A stretch of 63,998 nt of DNA, counting the filler, from Stramenopiles sp. TOSAG23-6 (lineage: Eukaryota), in assembly GCA_900128565.1 (NCBI GenBank). It is 18 parts of 18 records of this genome, joined end to end, with 100 filler letters (N's around TTAATTAATTAA, not from the genome) between each part and the next. Parts side by side here need not be neighbours in the genome. Positions count along the whole stretch, not along the records: positions 60,821 to 63,998 come from LT637628.1; 17 more parts are not named here. The stretch is one strand, 5' to 3'. The notes below the pieces were generated by a model that saw only the letters and a program-made list of their open reading frames with translations, had not been told where the DNA came from and made no database searches. The position numbers were made by a program, and so were the translations under genes. This document shows positions 62,801-63,998 of the stretch, piece by piece (within the stretch, counting starts at the first letter, position 1; each line of letters starts with the position of its first letter).

Positions 62801-63998
62801 ATCTGTAACCGTTTTCTAAGGATTTTCTAAGGATGTATAGAGTTAGAATAAAAAATGTTTGAACAGAGAAATCAAATAATTGTTGAAAAAGTAAATAAAA
62901 ATCAATTATATACCAATAAATACTACTACATACATGGATTTCACAAAGTTGAAAATATTACTGTACTGCTCCACATTCACTAATTCATTGTCACTCAAGT
63001 TTCTGTATAAAAAAATTCAAAATTGGTCAATATTTATTTGTTAGGTATGAAATTTCGTACCAAAAAAAAAAAAAAAAAAAAAAAAAACGAATACAATAAG
63101 GGTACAAAAATGTATTTGTTAGGTATGAAATTTCGTACCAAAAAAAAAAAAATTACAAAACATGATTAGGGTTAGGGTTCTCCACGTACAAATCGTCCAA
63201 AAAATACGACATGTCCCAATTATACACAGCCTTGTTTGAGGGCAGGTTTGTTAGATCTATAAACGTTGGATTTTTGATTGAATGTATTTTGGAAAAATAT
63301 TTAAAAAAAAAAATTTTGAAAATTTTGTTAGGTACAAAATTTTCAAAAAAAAATTTAGACAAAAAATTGAAAAAATATACAATGTACTTGTGGCCTAAGT
63401 AATGTTTGATCAAATGAAACCGTTAATTTGTAAATCTTATTATTTTGCAAATTTCTATACAGTTACAAAATATGTCAAAAAAATATTTTAATAAGTATTC
63501 AATTTTTTTTTTCGTAAAAAAATTTCATACCAAACAAAAAAAAAATCAAAAAAAAGATTCAAAATTTTTTGATACTATTTTTAAATTATACAATCAATGT
63601 AATTATTATTGGAAATAACCTACACTTTTTTTAGGGAAAACATTTCAAATAAAATAAAATTAATCTTTATCTCGGTTAGTCTATTATTAGATGCGTCCCT
63701 TTTGAGTTTGAGTAAGATTTTTTTTTTTTTTGAAAATTGTTTTTTNTTAGGTATGAAATTTCGTATGAAAAAAAAAAAAAAANATGCTGAAAATATACAC
63801 AAAAAGAAAGATGATGAAAATAAATATTTGCAATTACATAATATATAATTCAGTAAATATTTCAACATACAATGTTTCCAAAATTGTTAGGCTGCCAATC
63901 TCTGAAGGTAAGTTTTCTAATTGGTTGTTGTTGACATATCTACACTGTAACAAAATATATACAAAATCAATATTATACAATGAGAAAACTGCAAGAAT

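Overview
This window is not one chromosome segment. It is a concatenation of 18 unlinked contigs of about 3.46-3.50 kb, sorted by decreasing length and joined by 100-nt N/TTAATTAATTAA/N linkers; two contigs appear twice. The DNA is AT-rich, eukaryotic and uses the standard code, probably from an uncultured protist (stramenopile-like, low confidence). Recognisable genes include MOCS1A/MoaA, MOCS2A and MOCS2B, a class I sirtuin, VPS18, INO1, REV3, prefoldin 3, an ARP2 3' exon, a mitochondrial carrier, an amino-acid transporter, a TOM1/GPR137-like 7TM protein, tRNA-Ala(TGC) and several EF-hand, C2, ankyrin and zinc-finger proteins. The main discovery is the intron system. Genes are split by a stereotyped family of mostly 90-140 nt introns with the layout (AT)|GTAYGTTTT ... 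TTTCGTACGAAATTTTGTACCTAAC ... 33-45 nt ... ACAA(A)TAYAT|. About 30 non-redundant introns that I frame-checked by eye end in AT rather than AG; about five end in AG, and rare GA donors and TT or AC acceptors occur. Conserved protein motifs (best in REV3, where an exon has no usable AG) fix the register as GT-AT, not AT-AC. This suggests a lineage whose spliceosome largely no longer needs the 3' AG, possibly linked to an introner-like mobile element. RNA data are needed to confirm it.
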